This document shows, in pieces, positions 19,132 through 29,167 of a DNA stretch of 64,000 nt (within the stretch, counting starts at the first letter, position 1; the number at the start of each line of letters is the position of its first letter). The translations under genes were made by a program, and so were the position numbers. Source of the stretch: Alkalispirochaeta sp. (GTDB taxonomy: Bacteria; Spirochaetota; Spirochaetia; DSM-27196; Alkalispirochaetaceae); contig OZ271854.1 of the NCBI GenBank assembly GCA_965601925.1, forward strand, positions 1,888,001 through 1,952,000, read 5' to 3'. The notes under the pieces are model-generated. The model was not told the origin of the DNA and did no database searches. It was given only the letters and a program-made list of their open reading frames with translations.

Positions 19132-20271
19132 TCACTCCTTAAAGGGAATCGCCGCGTCGAGCATGCGAATCTGTGCTCGCTCGTAGGAGTTGATGCGATC
19201 CATGTTGGCTTCGAGAATCGCCTGCATATGGCGGTCGAAGCATCGATGCATGCTGAATGTCGGGACCGACCGAAAACCGCGGCGCACCTTGTGCTCCGAG
19301 CCCATGCCGGGATCGAAGATGCGCACTCCCTCCTCGATCGCCCATTCGATGGGTGTGTAGTAACACACGTTGAAGTGTAGGTTGAACACGTCTCGTTGGG
19401 TGCCCCAGTAGCGCCCCAACATCACGTCCCCTTTGCGCACGATGAATGCGAGTGCCAGCGGATCGTCGCCTCCGTTGCACGCCGCAACGAACCAAACGTG
19501 GCGTCGTACCGGCTCAGGCATCGCGGTAAAAAACTCCCGAGAGAGAAATCGCGCCGCATACGGGCCGAATTGCGCATTGGTGCGAATGTAGTAATCGGCC
19601 ATACGGTCGAAGTAGTGTTGCGGCGCCTCGGTAGCGTGGACCATCCGAATGTCGATCTCGAGTTCCGCCATAGTCGAGCGTTCTCGGCGAATATTGCGAC
19701 GCTGATTCTTACGAAATCGAGCGAGATAGTCGTCAAATGTCGAGAAGTCCTCGTTGTACCACGCGTACCCGTGGTGCTCCCACGCGACCATACCCAGACG
19801 CTCGAGACGGCTCTTCCACTCCGGGATCACGAAGTTGAACTGCAGCACCGGTATGTTCTGAGCGACGCAAAAGCGTTCGATCTCACGGTAAAGCGGTACG
19901 GTGAGCGCCTCTTCGTCTCCCCCCTCGGTCAGAAACCCGAACGCCGTAGATGGTGTCGCCGGGCTCATCCCGACGAGTTTGGGATAGTAGTCGACGCCGA
20001 GTTGCCCGGCAACCTCCGCAAAGGCGAAATCAAAGACAAACTCGCCCCAACTACTGCTGCGAAGATAGAGCGGTACGGCCGCGACCATGCGGCCGCCCTC
20101 GTGGGCGGTAAGGTGCAGCGGAGTCCATCCCGAGTCGGGTGCAATACTACCGCTCTCCTCGAGATGGGCGAGCCACTCATGGGACATGAGCGGCGTAGGC
20201 GAGGCCGCCGCGAGACGGTTCCAGTCCTCCTCGGCGATCTCGGCCATGGACGCGTGCCAGACAAACTCCAT
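19132..20271 (-). CDS. GNAT/FemAB-like (DUF482) protein
   Basis: SWGEFVFD, YYPKL, GRYWG, LHFNVCYY, GEHK-like SEHKVRRGF. Confidence 0.9.
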   Translation of the reverse strand: MEFVWHASMAEIAEEDWNRLAAASPTPLMSHEWLAHLEESGSIAPDSGWTPLHLTAHEGGRMVAAVPLYLRSSSWGEFVFDFAFAEVAGQLGVDYYPKLVGMSPATPSTAFGFLTEGGDEEALTVPLYREIERFCVAQNIPVLQFNFVIPEWKSRLERLGMVAWEHHGYAWYNEDFSTFDDYLARFRKNQRRNIRRERSTMAELEIDIRMVHATEAPQHYFDRMADYYIRTNAQFGPYAARFLSREFFTAMPEPVRRHVWFVAACNGGDDPLALAFIVRKGDVMLGRYWGTQRDVFNLHFNVCYYTPIEWAIEEGVRIFDPGMGSEHKVRRGFRSVPTFSMHRCFDRHMQAILEANMDRINSYERAQIRMLDAAIPFKE

Positions 20272-20330
20272 GGAGGCAAACTACTGCGGCGCCCGGCGTT
20301 CCGGCCAGTAGATTGTGTTGATGCGAGTCC

Positions 20331-20675
20331 TCAGCCCGGAGGCCACGCCATCTTGCGGCCCGCCAATATATGCGCGTGGACGTACTGCACGGTTTGAAGC
20401 GCGTCGCGTCCCGTGTTAAAGACGACGCGATATCCGTTCTTTTCGAGACCGAGACTGCGCGCCGTGAGCGCCACACCCTGGATGAGCCGACCCAGTACCT
20501 CCGGTGAATGGTCGGTCGCCTGGGCGATACTCTCCATACGCGTACGCGGTATCACCAAGACGTGCACCGGCGCTTGCGGGTTGATGTCGCGAAACGCTAC
20601 GACGTGCTCGTTTTCGAATACGGTATCCACCTCGGTTTCGCCGGCGATGATCTTGTCGAATATCGTCTCTTCCAT
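20331..20675 (-). CDS. hinT: Histidine triad (HIT) nucleotide-binding protein
   Basis: TIFDKII, AFRDINPQAPVHVLVIP, QTVQYVHAHIL, WPPG. Confidence 0.9.
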   Translation of the reverse strand: MEETIFDKIIAGETEVDTVFENEHVVAFRDINPQAPVHVLVIPRTRMESIAQATDHSPEVLGRLIQGVALTARSLGLEKNGYRVVFNTGRDALQTVQYVHAHILAGRKMAWPPG

Positions 20676-20738
20676 GGGCTCATCCTACCGCGCGCGTCCG
20701 AAGTGGGCCAGACCGCCGAGTCGTCGGCGTCGGCGGTG

Positions 20739-21203
20739 CTATCCCGAGCTTCCGGCCCCTCGGCCGGATCGTGCGGCTCCGCGACACTCGGTACAACCTA
20801 AAACGTGGACGTGCTTACGCGTGCCCTTTACGAACATACGCGCAACGATGTACCCGTCCTCCGAAATCTCGTTCTTGCATACCGGACAAATCCGCGGATG
20901 TCGCGACGACGGCGGATAACAGTGGGGACACCCGAACATGTGCACCATCGATTCCGCGGGACTCTCGCGGTTACGTTTTCGTCTTCCCGGCGGCTCCCCC
21001 GAGAATACGATCGTGTGCACGCGCTCGCCTTTGGCGAGTAGTTCTCCGCATACGGGGCACGGTTTCATGACATAGAGGGCGTCACGCGTCCTGGTAGCCA
21101 TGCGATTCGATAGCGCTGAGTAATCGGTCCTCCGCAGACGAAGGAGACTAACGAGGAGTATTACAACGACGATAGTAAGGACGCTCAAGAGAACGATCTG
21201 AAT
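20739..21203 (-). CDS. Membrane-anchored Cys-rich hypothetical protein
   Basis: N-terminal TM helix; CPVC, CPHC, CPVC and CTEC pairs. Start TTG 21188 or ATT 21203. Confidence 0.7.
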   Translation of the reverse strand: MQIVLLSVLTIVVVILLVSLLRLRRTDYSALSNRMATRTRDALYVMKPCPVCGELLAKGERVHTIVFSGEPPGRRKRNRESPAESMVHMFGCPHCYPPSSRHPRICPVCKNEISEDGYIVARMFVKGTRKHVHVLGCTECRGAARSGRGAGSSG

Positions 21204-21237
21204 GACGTGCCTCCTCCACCTGCGATAGACTCATTGT

Positions 21238-21921
21238 ATGGGGCGTCTTTACATCGTAGCAACTCCTATCGGCAACCTGGGAGACATCACTGTTCGGGCG
21301 GTTGAGACACTCAAAACGTGTCGTATCGTCTTTTGCGAAGATACTCGTCATACGAGAAAACTGATGAGTCATCTCGGCATTACGACTCCGTTGGCGAGCT
21401 GTCGCGGGCAGAACGCGTCGCAATGTGTACCGCGTGCAATTGATTTTCTCGCCCAAGGTGCCGATATTGCGTATGTAAGCGACGCCGGAACTCCGGGGAT
21501 AAGCGACCCGGGAAGCCAGCTCGTAAGAGGCGCCAGAGATGCGGGGTACACGGTTATACCGATTCCGGGGCCGAGCGCCGTGGCGGCGTTGGTATCGGCG
21601 AGCGGCGTCCCGGGTAGAAGTTGGCTTTTTGAAGGCTTTTTGCCGCCCAAGGGGGGACGCAGGCTGAAGCGGCTCGAAGAGTTGGCCGACAGGCGCGAGC
21701 CGTTCATCCTGTACGAATCGCCCCATCGCGTCGAGAAACTCTTTCAGGAGCTCAGCGGTGCGGCGGCGGGGTATCACATTGTTCTGGGACGCGAGCTCAC
21801 AAAGCTGCACGAAGAGATTGTCGTCGGTGAGGTCGAAGAGATTGCATTGCAGCTTGCCGACGGACGTATTACCCGCAAGGGAGAGTTCGTTATCCTTGTG
21901 TGGCCCGGCAAAAGCCGTTAA
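21238..21921 (+). CDS. rsmI: 16S rRNA (cytidine1402-2'-O)-methyltransferase
   Basis: LYIVATPIGNLGDIT, EDTR, SDAGTPGISDPG, YESPHR, RELTKLHEE. Confidence 0.95.
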   Translation: MGRLYIVATPIGNLGDITVRAVETLKTCRIVFCEDTRHTRKLMSHLGITTPLASCRGQNASQCVPRAIDFLAQGADIAYVSDAGTPGISDPGSQLVRGARDAGYTVIPIPGPSAVAALVSASGVPGRSWLFEGFLPPKGGRRLKRLEELADRREPFILYESPHRVEKLFQELSGAAAGYHIVLGRELTKLHEEIVVGEVEEIALQLADGRITRKGEFVILVWPGKSR

Positions 21922-21946
21922 TATTTAAAGCAGATATCGCCGATAA
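21919..21946 (+). promoter_or_regulatory. Sigma28 (FliA) promoter of flgM
   Basis: TAATATTT-N12-GCCGATAA; the -10 element is a perfect sigma28 consensus. Confidence 0.7.
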
Positions 21947-21971
21947 TGATAGTGAAAGGAAGGATCAATCG

Positions 21972-22259
21972 ATGACGATTGAACGAATGGGGCCGATTGA
22001 CCCGATTCAGAAGTTTAACAAAACTGAAAAGGTCAACAAACCGAGCGTCGATCGCTCCGGCGACTCCATCTCCGTATCGGAAGAGGCGAAGTTGCGCTCC
22101 GAGATGATGCAGGCGGTGGAGCAGGTTCGCGATCTGCCCGACATCCGGCAGGATCGCGTCGACGCGGTAAAAGCGCGCTTAGAAGATCCTTCCTACATCG
22201 ATGAACGCGTTTTGGACGTCGTCGCCGACCAAATCATGTCGGTATTTGATATAGACTAA
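21972..22259 (+). CDS. flgM: Anti-sigma28 factor FlgM
   Basis: DSISVSEEA, PDIRQDRVDAVK..L, Y; upstream sigma28 promoter. Confidence 0.85.
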   Translation: MTIERMGPIDPIQKFNKTEKVNKPSVDRSGDSISVSEEAKLRSEMMQAVEQVRDLPDIRQDRVDAVKARLEDPSYIDERVLDVVADQIMSVFDID

Positions 22260-22287
22260 CCGTCACATACACCTTTGAAATACCACG

Positions 22288-22322
22288 GCAGTGCTATAAA
22301 ATGGTAGCACTGCTTTTTTTTT
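22288..22322 (+). terminator. Rho-independent terminator
   Basis: GCAGTGCTA/TAGCACTGC stem followed by T9. Confidence 0.9.
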
Positions 22323-22337
22323 AGGATCGATACTACC

Positions 22338-23483
22338 ATGCAAGGTTTTTCGCTGAGAGTCCCCTCGACTCTTATGTTTGGACAGGACGTGTTGCATCAT
22401 TTGGGTCCGATTGCCCGCGAGCATGGAACGCGTTCATTCGTCGTCTCCGAGGCCGTTCTGCACGAGGGGCAGCATATCAATCGCGTCGTCGAGATTCTCA
22501 AGCGATCCGATATCGAGACTCTGGTTTACGATGAATTGATGCCCGGTTCGCCGTCAACGGTCGTTGACGAGTTGGCGTCCCTCGCCAGGGCCAGCAAGGC
22601 GCAAGTCGTCATCGGTCTGGGTGGTATGCGCGTGCTCTCCATAGCGCGCTGCGTGGCCAATGTAGCCGCCGACACGCTGCGCATCGGCGATATCATGGAC
22701 GGGAAGGTCGCCGAGAAGTCGCTTCCGTACATCGAGGTACCCTCTTCCTACAGAAACCATCTCCTCATGCGCAACGAGGGCGTGATGAAAGACGCGCTTA
22801 CTGCGCGCGCGCGTATTGTGCGGGTTGCGCCCGGCACCGTCCGCGCGGCCGTACTCGACACGACGTTTACGCACACCCTGTCGAGCAAATACGCACTCGC
22901 CGCGATTCTGGATACGCTTCTCGCCGCGATTGAAGGGTACTTCTCGTTATCCTCATCGATGTATTCCGATACGCTCCTGGAGCGCGCCGTCTCGGAGTTG
23001 CACGCCTCTGCGCTCGCGGGTGTGCGTAATCCGTCCGACGACCGCTTTCGCGCCCGCGCGGCCGAGGCGGGTATGCTTACCGCCATGGGGCTCGCGATAA
23101 CGGGGCAAGGCGTGGGGAGTGTGCTTGCGTATGCGATTAATGCGCGGTTCAGTCTGCCCAAGTCGTGGATAGCGAGTATTCTGTTGCCCCACGTGGTCGA
23201 TCTGTTGACGTCGCGCGACGTCGAGAAGGCGGCGCGTGTGGCGGCCTGCTTGGGCGAGCCGGTGGAAGGAATTATCGCCGCCGACGACGCACCGCGCGCG
23301 GTACGCGGTATACGGAAGCTTTTGAGCCAGCTCGATCTTCCCGTTCGACTGCGCGACCTCGATGTGACGCTCGACGAGCTCACCGCATCGGCCGAGGAGG
23401 CGAGCGATTTCCCGGCTCTCGCGAACGTACCGGGCGGAGTAACGGCGGCCGAATTGCAACAGATCGTAACCGCCGCCTATTAG
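22338..23483 (+). CDS. Iron-containing alcohol dehydrogenase-fold protein (degenerate active site)
   Basis: PSTLMFG, VIGLGG, IEVP and LPVRLRDL. The metal-binding histidines are not evident. Confidence 0.75.
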   Translation: MQGFSLRVPSTLMFGQDVLHHLGPIAREHGTRSFVVSEAVLHEGQHINRVVEILKRSDIETLVYDELMPGSPSTVVDELASLARASKAQVVIGLGGMRVLSIARCVANVAADTLRIGDIMDGKVAEKSLPYIEVPSSYRNHLLMRNEGVMKDALTARARIVRVAPGTVRAAVLDTTFTHTLSSKYALAAILDTLLAAIEGYFSLSSSMYSDTLLERAVSELHASALAGVRNPSDDRFRARAAEAGMLTAMGLAITGQGVGSVLAYAINARFSLPKSWIASILLPHVVDLLTSRDVEKAARVAACLGEPVEGIIAADDAPRAVRGIRKLLSQLDLPVRLRDLDVTLDELTASAEEASDFPALANVPGGVTAAELQQIVTAAY

Positions 23484-24391
23484 TGCGGTCACCGCCGATG
23501 CATCCGCGACCGTCGGTTGCGCGGCTTGCCGCGTTATCCCACCGCGCACTATTCCGATTATTCACCGACTGGTGTGACGACGCACCGCGTAGACTCGTTT
23601 CGGATATGCACCTTCATCGCTCACTCGCCTCGCTCGCCGACGATGAGGCGCGACCGCCGGCCGTCAGAGTTGCCGCCGCCGATCTTCTTACGAGCGTGCG
23701 GCTCGTCGGCGGGCCCATCGACGACGAGTTCGTACATCGTCGAGCGCGCACGTTTCTCGAGCGTTTGGCGGAGTACTCCGGCGGTGGGAGTTTAGAGGGT
23801 CTCGCGGATCGATTCCGCAATGCGGCGCCTCCGATGTCGCCTATCTCCGAGGGCGATGCGACCCTTCCCATCGTTCTCTGGCTACCGCACGTCAGATCGC
23901 CGTTCAACGTCGGCAATATTATCCGTAGTGCCGCGGCGTTCGGTGTTGCCGGAGTCGTTCTCGGCGACGGTGCACCGAGCCTCGACCATCCTCGCGTGCG
24001 CCGCGCAGCGATGGGGGCGCTACGAATGGTGCCTGTTCTTCGTGGGGAGTATCGGGAGGCGCTGCGACTCCTCAATCGGAGTACCGCCGGTGGTCCCGAC
24101 GCGGACGGACTCGTTACGGAACCTTCCGTCGTCGCTCTTGAGACCGGCGGTGTCGAGGTAGAGGCGTTTTCCTTTCCCCGCACCGGTGTACTCGCTCTTG
24201 GACACGAGGAGTTGGGACTCGATCGGGCGTTGCGCGAGCGCGCCCGACGTACCGGGACGATGGTCGCCATTCCTCACGACGGTCCCAAGGCGTCGCTCAA
24301 TGTCGGTGTGGCCGCCGGTATCTGCCTCTCGTGGTGGAGAGCGTCACTACGGAGTACGCGCCCGACCGCTGAGTCTATTCGCCCGGATTGA
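23483..24391 (+). CDS. TrmH/SpoU family RNA methyltransferase
   Basis: RSPFNVGNIIRSAAAFG, LGHEELGL, SLNVGVAAGI. Start GTG 23483 or ATG 23498. Confidence 0.85.
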   Translation: MRSPPMHPRPSVARLAALSHRALFRLFTDWCDDAPRRLVSDMHLHRSLASLADDEARPPAVRVAAADLLTSVRLVGGPIDDEFVHRRARTFLERLAEYSGGGSLEGLADRFRNAAPPMSPISEGDATLPIVLWLPHVRSPFNVGNIIRSAAAFGVAGVVLGDGAPSLDHPRVRRAAMGALRMVPVLRGEYREALRLLNRSTAGGPDADGLVTEPSVVALETGGVEVEAFSFPRTGVLALGHEELGLDRALRERARRTGTMVAIPHDGPKASLNVGVAAGICLSWWRASLRSTRPTAESIRPD

Positions 24392-24794
24392 GCTCGATCT
24401 TCCAGTGTACCTCACCGGCCTCCTGAAGCGTGGCTGATACCCCGCAGTACTTCGTCTGCGACAAGCGGCACGCCTTCTCGATCTTATCTTCGTCTAACTC
24501 GTCGCCCCAAAACCGATAGACGACGGTAATGTCACGGTATACCTTGGGGTGAGTCTCGGTGCTCTCGCCCTCGATTGCGATCTCAAAACGGTCGAAGGGC
24601 ATGTGCATCTTTCCGAGAATTGCCGTGACGTCCATTCCGGTACAGCCGGCAAGGGCGCTCAGCATGAGTCCCTTTGGCGACGGGCCCTGGTTCTTTCCGC
24701 CCACGCTTCCGTCCGCGTCGACGACGATTTTGTGGCCCTGCAGTTCGATTTCAAACGACATATCGCCGCGCCATACGGCATCGGTGCGCGTCAT
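24375..24794 (-). CDS. OsmC family protein
   Basis: GPSPKGLMLSALAGCTGMDV and KYCGVSATL. Confidence 0.9.
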   Translation of the reverse strand: MTRTDAVWRGDMSFEIELQGHKIVVDADGSVGGKNQGPSPKGLMLSALAGCTGMDVTAILGKMHMPFDRFEIAIEGESTETHPKVYRDITVVYRFWGDELDEDKIEKACRLSQTKYCGVSATLQEAGEVHWKIELNPGE

Positions 24795-24797
24795 GAT

Positions 24798-25028
24798 CTA
24801 CCTCCGGAGAGCCTTTTCGATCTTGGGTACGTCGAATCCGACGACGATCTTGCCGTGAATATCCAGTACCGGTACTCCCGTCTGACCCGACTTTTTCACC
24901 ATCTCGTCGGCGCGGCGGGGATCCTTCGCGATGTTGTATTCGGTGAAGGTGACGCGGTTCTGCTTGAGATACTGTTTGACTTTGGTACAAAAGGTACAAG
25001 TCGGCGTCGTATAGAGCGCTACAGCCAT
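24798..25028 (-). CDS. Glutaredoxin-like protein (NrdH/YruB type)
   Basis: CTFC, GQTGVPV, VGFD. Confidence 0.92.
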   Translation of the reverse strand: MAVALYTTPTCTFCTKVKQYLKQNRVTFTEYNIAKDPRRADEMVKKSGQTGVPVLDIHGKIVVGFDVPKIEKALRR

Positions 25029-25117
25029 ACAATCCTCCGTGTATTTCTTATATATAGAAAATATTATACAGAAAGGATTCCGTCAAGTCGACGGCGGCGC
25101 GCACTCCGTCGGCGCTA

Positions 25118-26617
25118 TCACTCGCGTGAGGCGTATTCCTTATCGTATTGGCTCGCGAGCCGCTCCTGGACTTGACGGAGCTGTTCGCGACCGGTGATAC
25201 CGACGATGCGTAACACCCGGGCGTCGAGTTGCTCATAGCCGTCGTGGTCCAGTTTTGCAATCTCGTTGGCGAGGTACACGATCGAGACGACGTCGCGGAA
25301 CGGAGTCTTGGCCTTAAACGGTGTGTGGTGATACCGAATGCTGGCAATCAGGATCTCCGGGAAGTTCCACCGCTCCGCCAGACGGGCGCCGACCTCGGCG
25401 TGGTCGATTCCGTTCGCCATGTCCTCAAACACGGTCGACGGAATGCCGCGCGATTCGGAGAACTTGCGGACGCGCTCCACCGTATCGGGATCGAGGTTGG
25501 AGAACACGATTTTGCCCATGTCGTGGAGGATACCGCCGACATACACATCGTCGAGAATGTCTTTGCGTTTGCAGACGTTTTTGGCGATCCCGTAGGCGAA
25601 GAACGCGGTCCGTTGACTATGCTCCCATAGACGACGCGTCGTTTCGTTGTTCGCGCCGTCGCCGAGAACGCGTTGCGTGCCGTAGCTGTAGAGCATCTGG
25701 CGTAGACCCCGCAGGCCCACGACCTTGACCGCCTCCACTACGTTGTCCATGCGTCGAGCGAGCATGTAGCGTGCGCTGTTGACGGTCTTCAGGAGGTCGG
25801 CGGTGAGGGACGGATCGCGCCCGAGTACCCGGGCGATATCGGTCATCTCGACCTCCGGATCGTCGAGGAGTTTGCGTAGCTCGACGATGCTCTCGGGAAA
25901 TTGGGGAAGCGATTCGATGTAGTTGGTGAGCTCCTTCGAGATCTCCGAGAGATGCTCCTTTTTGGTCGCGTCCATCGGAATGATCAACCGTGCGACCGTT
26001 TCGTTGCCCTCGACGTCGATATCGAACGCCTCCTCGTCCAGGCCGATCTTGCGGAGCATGAGAACGAGGATCACGATGCCCAGGCCGGCGCCTTCGCTGT
26101 CGTCGAGAACCGAGGTCATCGCCTCTTCCATCGTCCGAAAAGCGCGGGATCGCGCGATCCGATCGTAGATACGAATCTGCTCTTTGCGAGTGATGACCGT
26201 GTTATTGGCGATCTTTATGTGGAGCTCCCGTCCCTGAATGTGAAATACCAACTTGACGTACAACCCCGCCGCCTCTTGTTTGTCCAGCCAGTAGGATATG
26301 TTCTCCAGCGTCTCGGTCTTGAAGGTGTTCATACCCGCGCCGTAGTCCGCCTCGTCCTCGAGATTGAGGCCCTTTTCCTCAAAGTAGACCCGTTTCGTAT
26401 TGGCTTTTTTGGCGTTGACGGCGAGCTCCCTCAGACAGTACGCCAGGGAGTCTCTGAGAAAACCGCGTCCGAGTTCTTCGAGGAATGTGCCGAGAATTTC
26501 TTCTATCTGCGCTTCCGTGTGGGGTGGAAGCTTGTAACTTTTTAATAAAAAGGGTTTTTGAGAGTGCGCAGCTTCTTTCGCCCTCTCAAGTACATCATCC
26601 GCCATCACCTGGTTCAT
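25118..26617 (-). CDS. HATPase-like + HDOD domain signalling protein
   Basis: RELAVNAKKAN..GAGLGI; LPQFP, DPSLTADLLKTVNSA, GILHDMGK, DHAEVGA, IRYHH. Start moved to MNQVM. Confidence 0.85.
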   Translation of the reverse strand: MNQVMADDVLERAKEAAHSQKPFLLKSYKLPPHTEAQIEEILGTFLEELGRGFLRDSLAYCLRELAVNAKKANTKRVYFEEKGLNLEDEADYGAGMNTFKTETLENISYWLDKQEAAGLYVKLVFHIQGRELHIKIANNTVITRKEQIRIYDRIARSRAFRTMEEAMTSVLDDSEGAGLGIVILVLMLRKIGLDEEAFDIDVEGNETVARLIIPMDATKKEHLSEISKELTNYIESLPQFPESIVELRKLLDDPEVEMTDIARVLGRDPSLTADLLKTVNSARYMLARRMDNVVEAVKVVGLRGLRQMLYSYGTQRVLGDGANNETTRRLWEHSQRTAFFAYGIAKNVCKRKDILDDVYVGGILHDMGKIVFSNLDPDTVERVRKFSESRGIPSTVFEDMANGIDHAEVGARLAERWNFPEILIASIRYHHTPFKAKTPFRDVVSIVYLANEIAKLDHDGYEQLDARVLRIVGITGREQLRQVQERLASQYDKEYASRE

Positions 26618-26721
26618 GTGAATCAGTATAGACGGCGCCTCCGGCACTACGCAATAAATCAACCGGTATCCGCATGTTTTTCTCCGCCGGCGCGACTCCG
26701 TCGTCGGCGCCCTCCGCCGCG

Positions 26722-29109
26722 CTACGAAAAATCTTTCACCTGGGTAGCCATCTCCCGCAGGCGGCGCTCGATGACGCCGTTGACCGTATTCTTGGGAAAA
26801 TGACGGTCTCCGGAGCGTTCGCCGGCGGGCATACCGGTAAGGATTTCGATTCCCTCGTCGACCGTATCGATCGTGTAGATGTGGAATCGACCATCCTGAA
26901 TCGCATCCTGCACCTCTCGCGAGAGGATGAGGTTTTGCGTATTGGTGCGGGGAATGATCACCCCCTGTTCGCCGGTAAGCCCCATCAGGCGACACGTGGC
27001 GTAGAATCCTTCGATCTTCTCGCTGATGCCGCCTACCGGCTGGATTTGACCGAATTGGTTAACGCTACCGGTAACGGCGAGGTCTTGTCGGAGCGGAAGA
27101 TTCCCGATCGCCGAGAGAAGCACGTAGATTTCCGTAGACGATGCCGAGTCGCCGTCGACTTCGACGTAGCTCTGCTCGAAACCGATACTCGCGTTGATTG
27201 CCAGGGGAAAATCGGTCGCGTAGGTCGCCTGGAGAAATCCTTGAATAATATAGACACCCTTGTCATGGAGCTCGCCGGAAAGGCCGCTTTCGCGTTCGAT
27301 GTTGATAATGCCGTCGCTTCCCGGCGCTACACGGGCGGTAATGAGCATCGGCCTCCCGAAGGCGTAGTAACCGCGATCCAGCACCGACAGTCCGTTGATC
27401 GCACCGATGCGCTTACCTTCGACCTGCAGGATCATCTCACCCGAAGATATCTGCTCGTCGTACTTCTCCTCCGGTAAATTGTGCAAAAAGCGGCGCACAT
27501 CGCGCGCCCTCTCTACCGCCTCGCGATCGATCTGCGTCTTGCCGGCACGGCGCGCCCAGTGGCTCGATTCTCGCAGGAGGTCGGCGATGAGGGAGAAGCG
27601 CGTGCTCAACTTGTCGCGAAACTCGCCCAACCGCACGCCGTACTCGATCACCGCCGCCATACCTTCGCGGCAAGCGGGGAGCAGGTGCTCCTCCTCGCAA
27701 ATCATCTGCATGAAGTCGACGTAGTTTTGCCGCGTCTCCGCGGTATTCGGCATCACCGAGTCGAATTCGCTGAGTACTTTGAAGAGCTTGCCGAACTCTT
27801 CGTCCTGATAAAACAGCACGTCGTAGATGTGCTCGCTGCCCATCAGGATGACCTTCACCTTTACCTCGATCGGTTCCGGTTTGAGGCTCTGCATGGGTAA
27901 TCCGTACGGGCTCGGTGGTGTGCGGATCTCCGTCACCTCGTCTTGGATGGCGCGTTTGAGCCCGTGCCATACCTCCTCCTGACCCAAGACATCCTCGGCG
28001 CGGAGCACGAGGTACCCGCCCGATGCGGATAGCAGGCTTCCCCCGCGCAGCTGCATGAATCCGTGCCGCCCGTCGAGGTCGGGATGCGCCTCTTGGGTAC
28101 CGAACAGCTTGTGATAGTCCGGACGGCTCTCGACGATGACCGGTGTACGGCGCGTATCCGTGTGATCCACCAGTACGTTGACGCCGTACCGCAGAAGCTC
28201 CTGTTGGCGCTCGTGCTCCTTGTCCGGCTCGTCCGGGAGAAAGAGGGTAAGATTCTCGACGATGTCCTCCCCCATGCGCGTGAGGTGTTCGGTGATCTCG
28301 GTTCCGACGAAATCGTTCGAAATCGCGTCGACGACGGTGCCTGCGATGGGTCGAGCCGTCTCTCCCTGCAATGAGCGCAGACGCGAATCCGCCGCGACCC
28401 GATCACCGCGCAGCGAAACGAAGATCTGATTCATCTCGTCCATGAGTTGATAGTAGCGGCGGCGGATGCGGTTCCATTCATCGCGATCGAAACCTCCGGA
28501 CTGGACGAGCTGAGCCAACTCCTCCAAGGGAACCGCCTTGTCGTCGATCAACGCGTTGAGATCGCTCCGTTGATCGGCGTTCTCCTCGATCTGTACGATC
28601 GCGAATCCCTCGCCGGCCACCCGCTCCTCGAAGGCCGACAACGCTCGGTTCTCTTTGCCTTCGGCCTCGAGCATGATGCGATCGCGTTCCTCGCGGTAGC
28701 TCGCCTGTTCCAGCGCCGCCGGGATCTGCTCCTGGAGCGTGTCGATCGCTTCTTGGATGCGCCGACGAAAACGCCCGGCGTCACCGGCGGAAAAGTAAAG
28801 CACGCGAGGACGGTCGGGCTGTTGAAAGTTGTTCACGACGGCGATATCGCGTAGTTCCGCGGGCCGAAACGGTTGCTCTTTGAGGAATCGTATGATCGTG
28901 CTGCGTTTGCCCGTACCGGAGAGGCCGGCGGCGAAGACATTGTATCCCTTGGCACGAATCGCCACCGCCAAACGGAGCGCCTCGATGGCACGAGGTTGTC
29001 CGATAATGGTACCCGTACTATATCGTTGCCCCTCGGCGTCAATCTCTTCGGGAGAGACGGAAAAACGCGCCACCTCCGGGTCCAGACGGAAGCGCTTGGT
29101 CGAATGCAT
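26722..29109 (-). CDS. Lon-like protease, LonC type (peptidase S16)
   Basis: IIGQPRA, GLSGTGKRS, VDGDSAS (catalytic Ser), VTGSVNQFG, GGISEKIEG (Lys). Confidence 0.9.
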   Translation of the reverse strand: MHSTKRFRLDPEVARFSVSPEEIDAEGQRYSTGTIIGQPRAIEALRLAVAIRAKGYNVFAAGLSGTGKRSTIIRFLKEQPFRPAELRDIAVVNNFQQPDRPRVLYFSAGDAGRFRRRIQEAIDTLQEQIPAALEQASYREERDRIMLEAEGKENRALSAFEERVAGEGFAIVQIEENADQRSDLNALIDDKAVPLEELAQLVQSGGFDRDEWNRIRRRYYQLMDEMNQIFVSLRGDRVAADSRLRSLQGETARPIAGTVVDAISNDFVGTEITEHLTRMGEDIVENLTLFLPDEPDKEHERQQELLRYGVNVLVDHTDTRRTPVIVESRPDYHKLFGTQEAHPDLDGRHGFMQLRGGSLLSASGGYLVLRAEDVLGQEEVWHGLKRAIQDEVTEIRTPPSPYGLPMQSLKPEPIEVKVKVILMGSEHIYDVLFYQDEEFGKLFKVLSEFDSVMPNTAETRQNYVDFMQMICEEEHLLPACREGMAAVIEYGVRLGEFRDKLSTRFSLIADLLRESSHWARRAGKTQIDREAVERARDVRRFLHNLPEEKYDEQISSGEMILQVEGKRIGAINGLSVLDRGYYAFGRPMLITARVAPGSDGIINIERESGLSGELHDKGVYIIQGFLQATYATDFPLAINASIGFEQSYVEVDGDSASSTEIYVLLSAIGNLPLRQDLAVTGSVNQFGQIQPVGGISEKIEGFYATCRLMGLTGEQGVIIPRTNTQNLILSREVQDAIQDGRFHIYTIDTVDEGIEILTGMPAGERSGDRHFPKNTVNGVIERRLREMATQVKDFS

Positions 29110-29167
29110 AGCGCGGAGTATATCGCCGGTGGCAAAGGTACGGCAACCTGAGATATGCTATCTGTAT

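Noticed and set aside
26618..26995. N-terminal extension of the HDOD ORF
   Set aside because: Arg-rich and overlaps the Lon-like gene on the same strand.
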